63,952 nt of DNA, filler included, from Bigelowiella natans CCMP2755 (GCA_000320545.1; 9 parts of 9 records of this genome joined end to end with filler, not necessarily neighbours in it); one strand, 5' to 3'. Counted from the first letter of the whole stretch, positions 1 to 13,240 are shown. Notes: generated by a model not told the origin, from the sequence alone. Numbers and translations: made by a program.

Positions 1-213
1 GACAACAATGAGAGACATAGAAAGCGAGGGATCCTAGCATCTAGATTATTCAGAGAGGAGCCTTCGGACGACTCCCCCCCCCCTCCCCCCCCCCTTCCCC
101 TTGCCCTACGCCGTCGCCCTACCTCGCATAAGAAAATCTCGAAGAATCGCTTTGCCCCGAGCGGGTTCGGCTTCAGACAGATTCTTTAGCAATAATAACA
201 ACAACACAACAAC

Positions 214-249
<36 letters not shown>

Positions 250-1448
250 CACACGCGCGCGCATTGAGAAATGTGCTTCTTTCGACGTCAAGTACAAACC
301 GAATTGTAACTTCAACAAACGAGGAATCACAGAGACACGTGCGAGTGGGGATGACGACGATGTGCGCGCGACGACGGCTTCACAAATGAGGGCAGCGATA
401 CGTGCCGCTTCTCACGGCTCCCAAGTGTCACATTACTTCCCGATTTCCTTCACAAGAAAGTGTAGTAAGATCTCCTTGCCGGCCTCCTTATACACCAGCA
501 GGTAGGACGGTTCCAGCACGACGTAGGCCTTCAAAAGGGGAAAACACAATCAACGGGAAAGAATAATCTGCGTCTCAGAGCAGCTTGCTTTTCCTTTTTG
601 CTGCTGTAATCTCAGATCCAGCAAAGAAACTAAGCGCGCGCACACACACAAAGAGGGGGGAGGGGAAGGGGGGGGGGGGTGGAATCAATCATCGCCATCA
701 GCACCTGAACCCATCTTGTCACACCAAACTGCTTTCGCTTTAGTTGCAGGTCTTTAGATTCTCGGATCTACAGCGCCAGGCAAGGGGGAGGGGGGGGGGG
801 GAGATATCGTGGGAGGGTCAATTAAAACCGAGCAAGAAAAGCAGAAAAGAGGAGGGGCAGAACAGAGGGAGGCAGCAATGGCGGGGGTCATACCGTCGGG
901 CGCTGCGACCGGATCTCGAGATTGAACGTGTACTTCCCTGCCTTCGCTGAGAGCGTGGTCTTGCCGTACACATTGCGGAGAATCCCTCTCGCTACCAGAT
1001 ATCGCGCCGCCTGGAATATTACGAGGAGAAATGAGGATGGGAGGAGGGGGGGGGGGAACAGGAGGAGCTCTTTGTCTCTCTCTCTCTACATTGTCAGCAA
1101 GCACAGCATTAGGCTTCCTATACACCATATATACATATTACATGGAGTGCTTCGATCTCGCTTGACATCCATTTACTTGCGAGCCAAGCCACGATCTGAT
1201 TGTGGCGGAGGTTAAGTTGGGTGGTTTTCACACATCACGCACATAAAAACAAATAATATATATTATATATATATAATTCTTTTCTGGTTGGGATTTTCTC
1301 TCACTCGAATCTGCTACAACGCACCTCTTTTCCAGTCGCAGTCTTCTCGTAAGTTTGCATATTCTTCCGCAATTTTCGAAACTGTCGCACAGTAGCTTAG
1401 TCAGTAATAGAAAGGAAGATAATAAACCTGGAATAATACGTTACTTCG

Positions 1449-1486
<38 letters not shown>

Positions 1487-1487
1487 T

Positions 1488-1525
<38 letters not shown>

Positions 1526-2268
1526 AATACATTGACGCCTGTCACAGGGTCGGTCAGGGCTTCGAGCAAATCCGCTAGCTTGTAAGTGGCCTTAAACTCG
1601 TTGATCATTCTCCTGTAAAGCACAGTGGCAGGAGGAGGGGGGGGGAAGCAGGACAGTCAAAATAGAGTATTCCAAGTGCGGGATGCAACAAGGGCGTCGG
1701 CCATTAAATGCATGTCGAAAGAATCAGCACCGCCATCACGATGATGCCGTGGTATTAGATTCTATAACGCGAAAACCTTAGTGATCGGTCTTGGGAGCTG
1801 GCCTCAGTGCTGGTGCTTAAGGCGAACTTTGTCGAGGACTTGAAGCCGGCGGCATCCAGAGAATCTTAATAAATTTGCCGTGGAAGAAAGGAAAAACGTC
1901 ACGCGCGGAGCAAAATAACTGAACAAGGACTGAAAGACCCCTTTCGAATGGGGGGTACATGCGTGGAGTCTCAAGAAGATACTATCATTTGTCAGAGTGT
2001 CCGTTGAAGGTGCCATCATAGAAAATGAAGATACGGGATTATTACCTGGGATCCTTTTGATATGGTAGTTTCCCATCAGGCTGTTTATTACGCGCGTAAC
2101 ATCTGTTTTCTTAAATTCTGATTGTTTCAGAGCTTCCACTAGCTTGGATCCTGTAATGAATTTGTTTTTTTGGAGAGCGCCCCGCACGCAGGCCAGGCTG
2201 CGAGCCTCCTCTTGTTTTGAGAGAAGCGGCTTTAGCGCATTGACCTTCATATCATTAACAGACGCCAT
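1..2268 (-). CDS. Multi-exon tandem DEP-domain + PH-domain protein (3' end runs off the window)
   Basis: Spliced exons read MASVNDMK..FITGSKLVEALKQSEFKKTDVTRVINSLMGNYHIKRI (DEP-like 1), then LLEALTDPVTGVN|FRKLRKNMQTYEKTATGKE|IVAWLASKWMSSEIEALH|AARYLVARGILRNVYGK (fits the DEP pattern TY..cf.GxElVdWL..eAl..a..Lv..Gil), then LQLKRKQFGVTRWVQ|AYVVLEPSYLLVYKE (PH beta1-3). GT-AG junctions are phase-consistent. Confidence 0.7.
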
Positions 2269-3157
2269 GTGTTTTGTAAGTTTTCATTCGCACAAGAGAC
2301 TCCGAGTTTATTTGTTTGATACAGAAGCCTCTTATAGTTAGCTGGACCTCTTGAGCCAGTTTTTGCCGGTAGGCTTTCATGTTTTTCCCAGCCTTTTTCT
2401 AACAGTTGCAGATCAAAATTAGAAGATTAAATTTTACGAAACATGGTGATTGAAAGTAATGGGAAACGGGAGGCCAAAAATCCCACGCCACATACCATCA
2501 GCCCCCCTCGGAAGCCTGAACTAGGCCAGAGCAGTTAAAGCCCCTTCAGGCGGTGAGAGAACCTACTGTGTAGCGCTCGTTGGGACACATGTAACGGAAA
2601 AGGGATTATGAGCCCTACCTCCTTAATTAAATTTCTCGCAACGACCGGTCAGTGCAGAACGTTGGGCAGCAATCTGCCTCCGCCCCTCTCGTATCTTCTC
2701 TATTCTCTAACAGACGAATACTCGTACAGTAGCTGTCAAGCAGGCGAGCCACAGTAGATTTCCTACGACATCAAACTTTGCATGTCGCGGATGCAAAATG
2801 TTACAACATTCCGATCGATTACACAACCGTGCTCTGAAATTGAAACTGTCACATTTCACCGTGTCCACCGTCGTCGCGACCCATCTAAGGCCCTACGTTC
2901 CTGTGGCGATGCGCGCGCCGAACGCCGCAGCGCAGCGCGCCGGGAAAACATGGCGCGACAAACCCAGTGCCCGGAAGGCCGGAAGGGATTGTTGAGGAAA
3001 AATATCGGCAGAATACAAGGATTCCCCGCTAAAACCGGGGGGTTCAATGTTGGCTAGAATCTCCATGGATGCTATGTCTTTGCCTGTTGCTGCACATGCT
3101 CGTCAGAGTGGGCTGAACACACGAATGACGAGAGGGGGAGGCTGAGGATGATGACGA

Positions 3158-3243
3158 TGAAGAAGAAGAAGAAGAAGAAGAAGAAGAAGAAGAAGAAGAA
3201 GAAGAAGAAGAAGAAGAAGAAGAAGAAGAAGAAGAAGAAGAAG
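3158..3243 (+). repeat. Long pure (GAA)n microsatellite
   Basis: About 86 nt of uninterrupted gaa repeats; it produces the spurious poly-K/S/F ORFs. Confidence 0.95.
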
Positions 3244-3970
3244 AGGACATCAATCATTGTGAGCGAAGGATGCGATGTCCAATCGCCACTGCTAGACTGC
3301 TGCCAGGTGCAGACTGCTAGACTGCTGGCCCCTGGACTGGTTCAACGCACCGAAGAGCTGACAAAACCTGACTGCGACACTGCGATGGCCGAGGAGGAGC
3401 AGCTCCCACGGACGCATCGAGAAAGCTACACGTCAAGGACAAGATCGATGGACATCACACCATCATCTGTGATTTGCTGGCACACCTTGACATTTGACGT
3501 GACCATCATCAGTTCAGAAGTGATGTCTGATGTCTCTGCAACCTCGTCCTACGAAAATTTTCAACCCGGGAATCAGCGCGCTGTTGTGCTCAAGAGATTA
3601 AGTGCAGCAGCTTTTCATAAATCTTCGCCCATCCAACTCGAAGCAATTTCACTTTGACGACAATGACTAGATCTAGAGATGACATTGTTGTGCGGATGCA
3701 AACGCATGCATGCAGATGGATCAATCTTGTGCAGGAGCCTGCAACGTGCGATGTATGAGATGCAGTCATAGACACCATGAGCTGCCGACCGAAATGAACA
3801 AGAATGCACATTAATTGTCATTCCGCATCCATCGATCGCACATTCAGCAACAACATGAGGTCAGGAATGCATGCATAGCAGTGGATATACAGTTTGCCTC
3901 ATTACAAACGCGTCTTAGAAACAATGAATTCTGATCACATCACAGTTCTGTTTTTAACCCTCGATATTCA

Positions 3971-5432
3971 TTAACTGAAGACGGTGATTCTACTGCCGTT
4001 GGAACTACTTTCTCTCGCTTGTCTCTGACTGCTGAGATCTCACAGCTTCTTTGATGTAATACTGCCCCACAAATTCGCCGAGGAGCCGACGATACGAGGT
4101 CACATACACCGCTTAGCGATGAAGATGAAGTTGGCGACGATCTTGCCGAGGACGATATTGGGCAGTTTTTTTTCCATTCCTAAGAGATGCGTAATAAAAA
4201 GGCGAACGTGAAGTACTATACCACGAAAAAAAGGGTGCTTTCGAGAAAAAAAACATCAGAATAAGAAACGTTCCTACGCCGCTGCTACTGCTCATCTCCC
4301 TGTCTCTAATTTTAAAAAAATTCCCTTCAGCTCCATCGCCCCCCCGCGCAAGCAGCAGCTACCTTTCCAAGCAGGAAGATGCGCTCCGAAACAACGTCGG
4401 CATTGGTCGCCACAGATTCCTCACACGCGAGGCGCAATATGTGGCCAGACTTGACCGTAGCCCTATCCAGACCTTTACCCCTTTTCCTGACCTGCGTATC
4501 CGCGGGGAGGCAGGGACGATTTAAATGAGTACACGGCCGGCAGGCGAAGAACGCTATGCTGAGCATCTCTCGGTGACCATGAATTCTCGGTCGTGCTTTC
4601 CTTCTTTCGTGTAGAGTTGTGTGGCTTCTCCTTCATGTATGGCGGCGTACTTACCGGCTTTTCCAGGCGCTGCAGCTCCCATCCGGCGCTGGCTCCCTAA
4701 TCGCGTAATACGAAAGGTGATGAAGATGGTTGATGATTGCCACATGGTCGAGAGATATGAGGGGCATGGATCAGATAGGAGTATCAGCTCTCAAGCCTAC
4801 CTCCTTCTCCCCCTTCTTTGTCACATGGTACATATCCATCCAAACCGCAGGTTCAGGGGGCGAGGGAGCAATTCCTAAGTAAATAAACAGTCGTTGGATA
4901 CACGCAATCGATGGCTGTGCCCACATGTGATGATGATGAATATTTATGTGCGCAAATCAGAGGAAGGTTCATATACGTAACTTGCCATGCGTGCTGCAAT
5001 CTTATCCCCTCCAATCCCGACAGGCTCTTGCACAACGGAACAATGGCCACTCTCCACGTAGTTCGCAATCAGTCCCTCGTCCTCAAACGCGCGACGATTC
5101 GACCTAGATACGGTATAATATTGTCAGAAAAAAAAGTGTGTGTGTGTGTGTGTGCGCGCGCTTGCGCGCCTATACATAATCCCTGCGTTTAACCATGCAG
5201 AAACTGCAACTGAGCAGCACTAGAGTCGACATATGCAAGCACCTAGCTGCGTTGAGGTAAACGATGATCTCCTCGATAGAAGCTTCACAAATACTGCACA
5301 AAAGAGCTTCCACGGCTTCGCGGATATCCTCGCGATCCCGCTCTGGCAATGAAACGGTTGGATCCTGGTACTCCTGAGGAGAGTTAAGTGCAAAGACCTT
5401 GGCGCATATCGTATTCTCTCTTCTCCGGGCAA

Positions 5433-5487
<55 letters not shown>

Positions 5488-6991
5488 AATATGTAATATT
5501 CCTGCTTCTTATTTCCATTTCCTACCTCTCGGAGCATCTGCTGCATCTGTGGATTCCTTTCGATTAATTTAAAAAAATCCTCCATTGTGTCATCCTCATC
5601 CTCCACTCCCTGCGCGCTTACAGGGACCTTTCCGCTGTTTCTTTTACCTTGAGCCTGCATCTTTTTCTTCTTTTTCTTGCTCTTGCCCTTGTTTTTCTTC
5701 TTCTTCACGTTCTTCCTTTTCATCTTCTTTTTCTTTCTTCCCCTCTCCCCGCTTCCCTCTCCGCCCTTCTCCTGCGTTTGCACAGGATCTGGAGGCGCCT
5801 CAATTCCCCCTTTGGATTGTCTGCGAACAAGAGCTCGAAGCTTCCCAGGGCTTCGATTATATGAAGACTGGGAGGGCTCGCTCCCCGGTAACTTCTCTGC
5901 TTGTTTCTCCGAGTAATCTCGGTGGAAGAAGAGCGAGCATGACCCCTCTTCGCGCTTCCAGCAAAACCTACCGACCGCCTCGTCAGCCAGCTCCCCCTTT
6001 TGGATATAGCCATACATTGCTGGGGAGAGGTCGAAGGCGACGGAATCCGCGTAGTGCATGCACATCTCCTTCAGTCGAAACGCTGATGCATACCCTTCAG
6101 GGGACAGCTGATCCTCCTGAGCAGATAACGATAACAGTGAGAAACGATTCTAGAGGCGGACGAAAGGGTAGTGACAGAGCTCTGTAGGCAACAGCGTGTG
6201 TGTGTGTGAATACGTGCGTATGTCGATGCGGTGTTGCTCGCTTCCTCTTCTATATCACCTCCTCTCCGAAGCTGTTTTGCCCCTTAAGACGCTCGACGTA
6301 GCCGTCGCCAGTCTCGGTTGAAATAGATATGAGGGTATAATTTTGGACCACCGCCAAGCATACTGCCTCCACGCTATCCAGAATCCCTTCCTCCCCGTCT
6401 TTACGAAGGATGTTATGCCTGATGGTGGTGATGATGATAATGACGATGACGATGACGAAAACGATGGTACGATCGTGATGATGACGAAGATCACACGCGC
6501 CCCCAAAGGATTACCTGTGAATTTCGGTGTGAAGCTCAAAGACAAGAGCCTCGCAGAGGTCGCAGGCAACCTCTTCCCCCATTGATGCAATCACCTTGTG
6601 ATAAATATATATTTGGTGCCGTTCGGCGTTTTGAGGGGAAACATACATGCTACGGACTCTGGTGGTGCAAAATGCATTCATATGTACGTACGGTTCGCGC
6701 GGGGCGAATACGACGTTTAGGTTCATATTGTGATCCTAGATAGGTTTAAAAGTATGCGTGAATTCATAATGCCTGGCTCGTTCTCCGCAGCGCCGACGTA
6801 GCCATCGCTTGTCCCCCTCGCGGAGAAGATCCATTGTAACCGGAGGGCAATAGTAATAGGAACACCTCAATCATCAAAGTGACGGCAACTCTTCCCCTCC
6901 ATAGCCCCTTCATTGTATGCGTCTCACGCCTTTCGTTGCCGTCCTGTTTCGGGTCTCCTGATGTCCTTGACGTCGATGCACGATGAAGCAC
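3971..6991 (-). CDS. Multi-exon protein with degenerate cyclic-nucleotide-binding-like segments and a Lys-rich low-complexity region
   Basis: Exons LCEALVFELHTEIHR|HNILRKDGEEGILDSVEAVCLAV..VERLKGQNSFGEE resemble the cNMP motifs (I.rqGd.g ... l..GdsFGE). The long exon 5490-6120 has poly-K. Further exons lie at 5238-5410, 4975-5105, 4363-4491 and about 4110-4140. Both ends are uncertain. Confidence 0.45.
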
Positions 6992-7184
6992 AACGCGTCT
7001 AAGACAATTTCACTGCGACAACTAATGCGGCATGTCGCAATCCAAAAACAGATCCTACTCTCTGAAGATCCGGCCAATCGAGCAAAAATCTTAGGAAATT
7101 GAAGGTTTCCCCTATGTAACGACTCAGAAACTCGGCCTTCACAATGAGAGAACGCCCTGTTATAAACGGAAGGGAAAGAGCTTG

Positions 7185-7192
7185 GCGCCAAA
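7185..7192 (-). promoter_or_regulatory. Candidate E2F site TTTGGCGC in the short divergent promoter upstream of SPC19
   Basis: ttggcgccaaa at 7182-7192 matches the TTTSSCGC consensus on the minus strand, about 110 nt before a kinetochore gene ATG. Confidence 0.3.
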
Positions 7193-7302
7193 ACAGAAAA
7201 TCAAGAAATAGAGGTCATTCCAAGCGGTTTCGCCCATGTTCTGAGACGAATAGCCTATTTTCCTCCTGCCCCCCCACCGAATCTGCATAACCCATCAGAG
7301 CC

Positions 7303-8130
7303 ATGGCGGAGGTTTGCCTGCAGTCTCTCTACAATATCAATCGATCGCTGGCGCGAACAACGCAGCTATTCCAAAGGACAGCTCTTGCCACCAAGCATGC
7401 TGCCTCTCAGATCGACTTCAAGAAGGTAATGTGCGGGCTCTCATCCTCATTCCTACCCTCTACCGTTGATCTGACGCACATGAAATGTCAAAAGGTCTGT
7501 GAGTTAACACCTGCTCCAGAGGTCGAGGCCCTCACGTCACAGAGCTCAAAGCTTCTATTGGGGAAGTTCGAGGTACATACAGACCTGACCAGCCATATCC
7601 TCCCTAATTTATGTGTTGCCGTGGTCTCATTGTGCTCAGTGCCTCATGGGCAAAGTTTCCACGGAGCTCAATAAGAAGCAGGAAGAGGTCTTTCTTTAGC
7701 CTCATAAAAAGTGGAGTGTTTCTTAAATTATATCGTTTCCCAGGAACACCACCTGAAGCTTGAGCTGGAGAAACGGCAGCATCAGGTTCATCGCCATGCC
7801 GTGCGACCACTGATTTAAGCCCGGTCCTCGTATTAACATCTCTCAACAAACACCATGCAAAATGGTAGGTAAAGGTGGAGGTTGCCAGACAAGTTACCCT
7901 CCAGGAACCAATTCGAAAAGACCGGATGCAGCAGATTGAGAGGAGGGTGAGAACTAAGAAAAATCGACTTGTTGGACACCTAGATGCAAAGCATGCTCTC
8001 ACACAAATCAAAGCATAGAAATCATTTGTTGCCCCACCCCACACGATTTTGCAGCGAGTCTTCTTGACAAAGGCACTTGAAACTCTCAAGGCGGAGCTCG
8101 TATCCGGCACCCCGAAACAACAAATTGTAG
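7303..8130 (+). CDS. SPC19: DASH/Dam1 kinetochore complex subunit Spc19 (short introns)
   Basis: Spliced: MAEVCLQSLYNINRSLARTTQLFQRTALATKHAASQIDFKK|VCELTPAPEVEALTSQSSKLLLGKFE|CLMGKVSTELNKKQEE|EHHLKLELEKRQHQ..RMQQIERR. It aligns to the recalled Spc19 pattern (krVfELvPe.dveaa..e.Ll.kvekel.kl.rre..Lk, with C-terminal RlrqL). The 3' exons are less certain. Confidence 0.7.
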
Positions 8131-8384
8131 GCCGCCACCCATGACGAAAGAATATTATAAACGGGGACATGATGCGCATGCCCGCTCGCCTGATTCCACA
8201 ACAGACACCAAACAGTCACTATGTTTTATTATTTACATACTATATTTATTACAAAACGGTGTGCATAGTTTCCGCCATTAGATGCTATTTGAAGAATCAC
8301 AATTGACATTCTTACTCTTAAGCCGCACATTTTGTTAGACCCCGGCACACGTATCCTCCGCCAAGCTAGACACAGCTTCCCTCA

Positions 8385-8761
8385 TGGACACGCTGGCCAA
8401 GACCCGTGCAGAACTGCAGGATCAACAGCAGAAAGTCATCTTTCCCCATCCCCCCCGCAGCAGCTGGCGATGGGGGAGTTAAAATAGCTAACACTCTTCC
8501 TGCTACCCTTTTGACTCAGGTGCTGGAGATTGAGCAGAAGCTAAGTTCTCTGCAAAACGAGGAGTCCAAAAAGGCGTCGCTCCCAGCTGCCACGATCCCG
8601 TCAGAGGCACAACAGCAATCGGATCTTGCAGCAACCCAGAAAAAGGCAGATGGAGATGACCGCAAGGCGCAATGTACACTCCAATGCGCTGATCCCGTGA
8701 TGTGATGTCTAGGGTTGAGGAGGAAGGGGAAGGGGGTTCAACTCTTTCATGCGTGTGGTGT

Positions 8762-8808
<47 letters not shown>

Positions 8809-9482
8809 CGTGCGTGTGCGTGAGTGGAAACGTAATTATTCTAAAAATCGCATGATGTATTCGTGCAGCTGACGTGACTAGTGGTGGTGGTGGTGGTGGT
8901 GGTGATGGTGGTGATATCAGCGTCCTCATTGTCACGACAACAACATCGCATACACTTAGTGCTGAACCAACTGGAGGCCATGCGTGCGAAGATGCAGAAG
9001 CTGCAGGACGAGAAGAAGGACTTCGAGTCCTTCAAGAGAGAGAAAGGTGGGTGTGGTCCGCAGCGATGCATACTTTCGATCTACAAAGCAGTTCTTCGGA
9101 TCTTTTCGTCCAGAGCGCTAATACGTTTGATTTTCCTGGTAAATAGCAAAGAGGATCGAGAACATGAGAATAAAGCTTAGTGCCGTGCGCCAATCCATCC
9201 CGTCAGCCGCCTCGCCTTCTGCCTGCACCGCCGATCCAAGCAAAGAGAAGGTGCGTGGCTGATGATGTTGGTAGTCGATGAGCTCCGCGTGCATCATTCA
9301 TCTATCTGATAGTAACGAGCCATTTTTATCATTGACATCAACATCGCTGCCGCCACTGACGCAACCCCGTGATGATACACCCTGTCTTCCAGAGGCCATC
9401 AGCGCCACCAGCAGCTGCTGCGAGAGATATCGATGTCAAGGCGCTGCTGTCCTTTTCACGAGTGCTGTTTCCAGGTGGAGTG

Positions 9483-9528
<46 letters not shown>

Positions 9529-10143
9529 TATTCATCATATTTCTGTATGTGCTGTTGGTCAATCCATGTCGATGGCCTCGTCATTCCACAAAAGAATTAA
9601 CTGAATGCGCGATCCCCCCCCCTTCCCCCCCTCTGCCTCAGTCCAAATCTCCAGCGCAGTGAGCTTCGTGATGGAGATGATCCTCAACTCGAAGACCGTG
9701 TCACGCGACGGATATAGAGTTGTTTCAAAGAGGGAAGTGTACAAGGTTATACTGAATACCGATACATCGTGGTGGTGCTTATTTCTCCCCCTCCCCCCCC
9801 CCCCNNNNNNNNNNNNNNNNNNNNNNNNNNNNNNNNNNNNNNNNNNNNTTAATTAATTAANNNNNNNNNNNNNNNNNNNNNNNNNNNNNNNNNNNNNNNN
9901 NNNNATGTTGTCCCGGATAAAGAAATTTTGGCTTCAAAATTGATGACCGCCCCGCCGCCCGCCCCCTCTCTCTCTCTCTGTATATTTCTCTCTTACTCAT
10001 CTACCTCTTCCTTCTCCCCCCGCGTTCTTCCTCTCTCCTCACCCCTCACCCCTTACCCCTCTAGGCAGCAGTGCAATTCGATCCATACCGATCAGGGCTA
10101 AGAATAGTCGCAGACCCCAGAGGTGATTCATCTTCAAATCCTA

Positions 10144-10181
<38 letters not shown>

Positions 10182-11403
10182 TTTTATTATATACAAAGAC
10201 ATACACGCACGCACGCACGCACGCGCCGTGCTACATGCAGCGTTGTTGCAAATCTTTGACGTTTCCCTCGCCTCAGGTCGGTTCCTTGCCGTCAGTGACG
10301 GGTACGCTCGGATATCTATATGGGACTCGCTCAGGTGATCGATTGATTTCATTCCACGACGGCAAAAATTTAAGCCGCGCCAGCAGCAGTGACCGCAACA
10401 ACAACAACTGCTTTCCTTCTTCCAGGAGGCGGTGCAATCAATCAAGCATCAAACAACGGCAACTAATGCACAACGTCCGCTAACCCCCCCCTCCCCCTCC
10501 CCCGTTTCTCATCATCAGGATGGTCGCTGTGAGGTGGCTCCGAGGCTACCGCGACGCGCAATGCGGATGGCTGATAGCAAACAGTAGCACAGATCAGAAG
10601 AGGAGGAAGAGGATGATGAAGATGAAGAAAAAGGTCAAAGGCGCAAATGGCGACGAGGAGAAGGGTGTCAACGAGGTCAGCAGCGGCTGCGGACTGTACT
10701 TGGTAGTTTACGTCGCAAGAAGAGGCCTTCTCGAGGCCTGGGCGATATCGGTAGTGACTTCAACTGAAGGAGGAGGAGGGGGAGGGGGAGGGGGGAGAAT
10801 CTGAAGATGTGAGCAAATAGAGCGATTACTGGTAACAGTGATCATGGACATAGCATCTGCGAGGTTGAAAATCGTCTTCAAGCTACGATTGCTTGTGCTT
10901 CACTTTCTGCCCAACTGTGTGTTACGTTTCCACGTCTCATCCCCCCCCTTTCCTCCTCTTCCTCTCCACCCGCACAGGGGAGTCCTGAAAGCGGGCGCAT
11001 AGGTACGAGGGGCGAGGAGAAAGGAAGGAAATAAACCAGAAGGATTAGGAACACGCGTTGTTGAGAGAATGTAAACATGAATGCTTGCGGGGAAAGGAGT
11101 TGGGTGCACGTGCATGCATCCGTGCGTTCCCCCGCTTCCCCAATGATTGACCACTAATCCCCAAGATGCCAGGCAATTGTGTGTGTACAGGGTTCACTGT
11201 GTAAATGATGAAGACGCCGAAGCATCTGCTCATTGTCTGCTGCTGCTGCTGTGCCGCATTGAGCGATTGTTTATGAAATAGGTGCGCGTAACGTCGGGAC
11301 AGGGGCGCGGCTCTGCTACGATACCGACGCACAAGGCGGTTGCAGCTGTGCCATGTTGCGGTCGGACGGGAGGACGAGTGCGATCAGCATCACTGCTCCT
11401 TGA
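8385..11403 (+). CDS. RAB3GAP2: Rab3 GTPase-activating protein non-catalytic subunit (RAB3GAP2 N-terminal domain) with coiled-coil N-terminus; spans a scaffold gap
   Basis: Exons GRFLAVSDGYARISIWDSL, MVAVRWLRGYRDAQCGWL, GLYLVVYVARRGLLEAW and ARNVGTGARLCY match the RAB3GAP2 motifs (AAVTDDFGRV; IAIRMWKGYRDAQIGW; FLVIYAPRRGILEVW; AFNVGKHCRLLY). Stop TGA is at 11401-11403. Linkage of the 8385-9750 exons across the gap is inferred. Confidence 0.8.
9805..9904. other. Scaffold gap linker N44-TTAATTAATTAA-N44 (also at 15665, 39739, 48669, 55059, 57337, 59287, 61961)
   Basis: Identical 100-nt spacer with a six-frame stop linker, found eight times; assembly artefact. Confidence 0.97.
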
Positions 11404-11873
11404 TCTTCATGCACTTGCCATTCTAGCATTATCAATAAAGCATTAACAACACTGTGATTTGTGACGAGGAGGATCATCGGAATCGCACATGTGTTTCATG
11501 AGACAGCCGTGCGTGTGCGCGCCCTCGGCAAGATGAAGTCAGCAAGCCTTATTTTCTGATGCATGCTGTAGCTTGCCACAGCATGTACCATTGGATTTTG
11601 TGTTAATCGTGAGTGGACCCACATTGCTAGATTGTATATCGGCTAGCTCAATCGTCTTTGTGGGCAAACACACTCGTATGCACTTGCTCCTGCTACGCAG
11701 TGCATGCATGCACTGGTAGCTGGCATTCGATCATTAACAACAAAACGAATTCCCTCTTCCTATCATCGTCAAGCTGCCTTAGCTAAGCCAAAGTTGCAAA
11801 GGGGCCATGCATGAGCGCATGCAGTCTCTATGACAGCGCAGCGTTGTTTCTCAGGCGTTCTCGACTAATTAAA

Positions 11874-12529
11874 TTAGGTAGCCGCCTTGGTGCTCTTCGA
11901 AATGTCAAATACTATTGGCTCATGCCTGGCCGCTCCTAGCATCGTACAAGAGGCTGCATTGATGCACACGGTCCCGCTAACCTCCTCCACCTTGACTCCA
12001 TAGCTGTACAACATGCAAAACAGTTGACAATATGGCCGGTGCGGTGACACAAGAATGAAAAAAGGTTTTTTATTTTTTTTATCCCGCAGTAACTATCGAT
12101 AGATCCAAGCTCTAGGCTTCGTATTGGGGGGGGGGGGATTAGCAGGGGATGGAGGGAGGGGCAGGAGCATAATCAACACCAGCCACATCTGAAAGACGGC
12201 ACGAGAAAGGCAGAGGAAGGAGGAAACACGTACTCTTCGTGGATGTGCCCGAAGACGCAGAACTTTGGCTTGAGTCTCCGAAGGCCAGCAAGCAGAGGAC
12301 GACTGCCTACACGATGGCCGCCTGATGGTCAAACAGCAACGTGACCGGCTCAAGACACAATGGGGATATTGCGACTTTACGCTCCTATCACTGATGATGG
12401 ATGAGCATGCAAGGCTGCGTTCCAACCCAACACAGATGATCCTCCTCCATTGCAGTGCATTTGCAAAAAATAAAATATAAAATGAAAAAAGGAAAAAAAG
12501 CAAGGAAAAATCGAAGATATGCGTGTTTT

Positions 12530-12568
<39 letters not shown>

Positions 12569-13162
12569 AGCTGATTACTCCAACAGCGATCCAAGACTCC
12601 TCGTGGAGGAGAATGCGTGAGGAGTACATCGACCTTCCCCATCTGCGGCACCAGCTTCTTCTCTGTCGTCATCAGCGAAAGGGGGAGGGGCAGGAGGGAG
12701 GGGGGTGGAAATGAGGAGAAATGACCGAAGAAAGGTGATAGCATGCGACGAGAGTTACTGCTCCTGAGGCAATTTATGTGGAGATGTAATTCGTATTTTA
12801 GTAAATTGTCCGCCCAGAAACGAAGATGGTAAATTGTGTCCACTGAAAGCGCTAGCCGACCCCAAAATTCAGATAGGTGATGCGAGGAGCGGTTCCAGGC
12901 CCAGAGCCTCCTGATTCGATCGATTGTAAAGATGATTGGGGTTGTGAGCTGACAGACGACTAGAAGAAATGAAGAAAGGGAAAGGGAGAAGGACTTATCT
13001 ATTCAATGCAAGAATGATGGTGGCACTTGTGTGCTGTGCCTGCTCATGCTCGTATACCTTCTTCATTTTCTATTTTCTCTTTTACCTTTTACATATTTAG
13101 CTATGGCATATTCTGTACGCTCTCTACGCTCCTCACATTCTCTCCATTCTCTACATTCTCTC

Positions 13163-13204
<42 letters not shown>

Positions 13205-13209
13205 GCCTT

Positions 13210-13240
<31 letters not shown>

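Noticed and set aside
1850-2130. Z-alpha-like reading KKTDVTRVINSL..KRIPGNNP|ILW
   Set aside because: That splice hits a stop after 15 codons. The alternative phase-1 splice stays open into a clear DEP domain.
9849-9860. Repeated palindrome TTAATTAATTAA (8 copies)
   Set aside because: Always centred in 100-nt N runs; artificial six-frame-stop scaffold linker.
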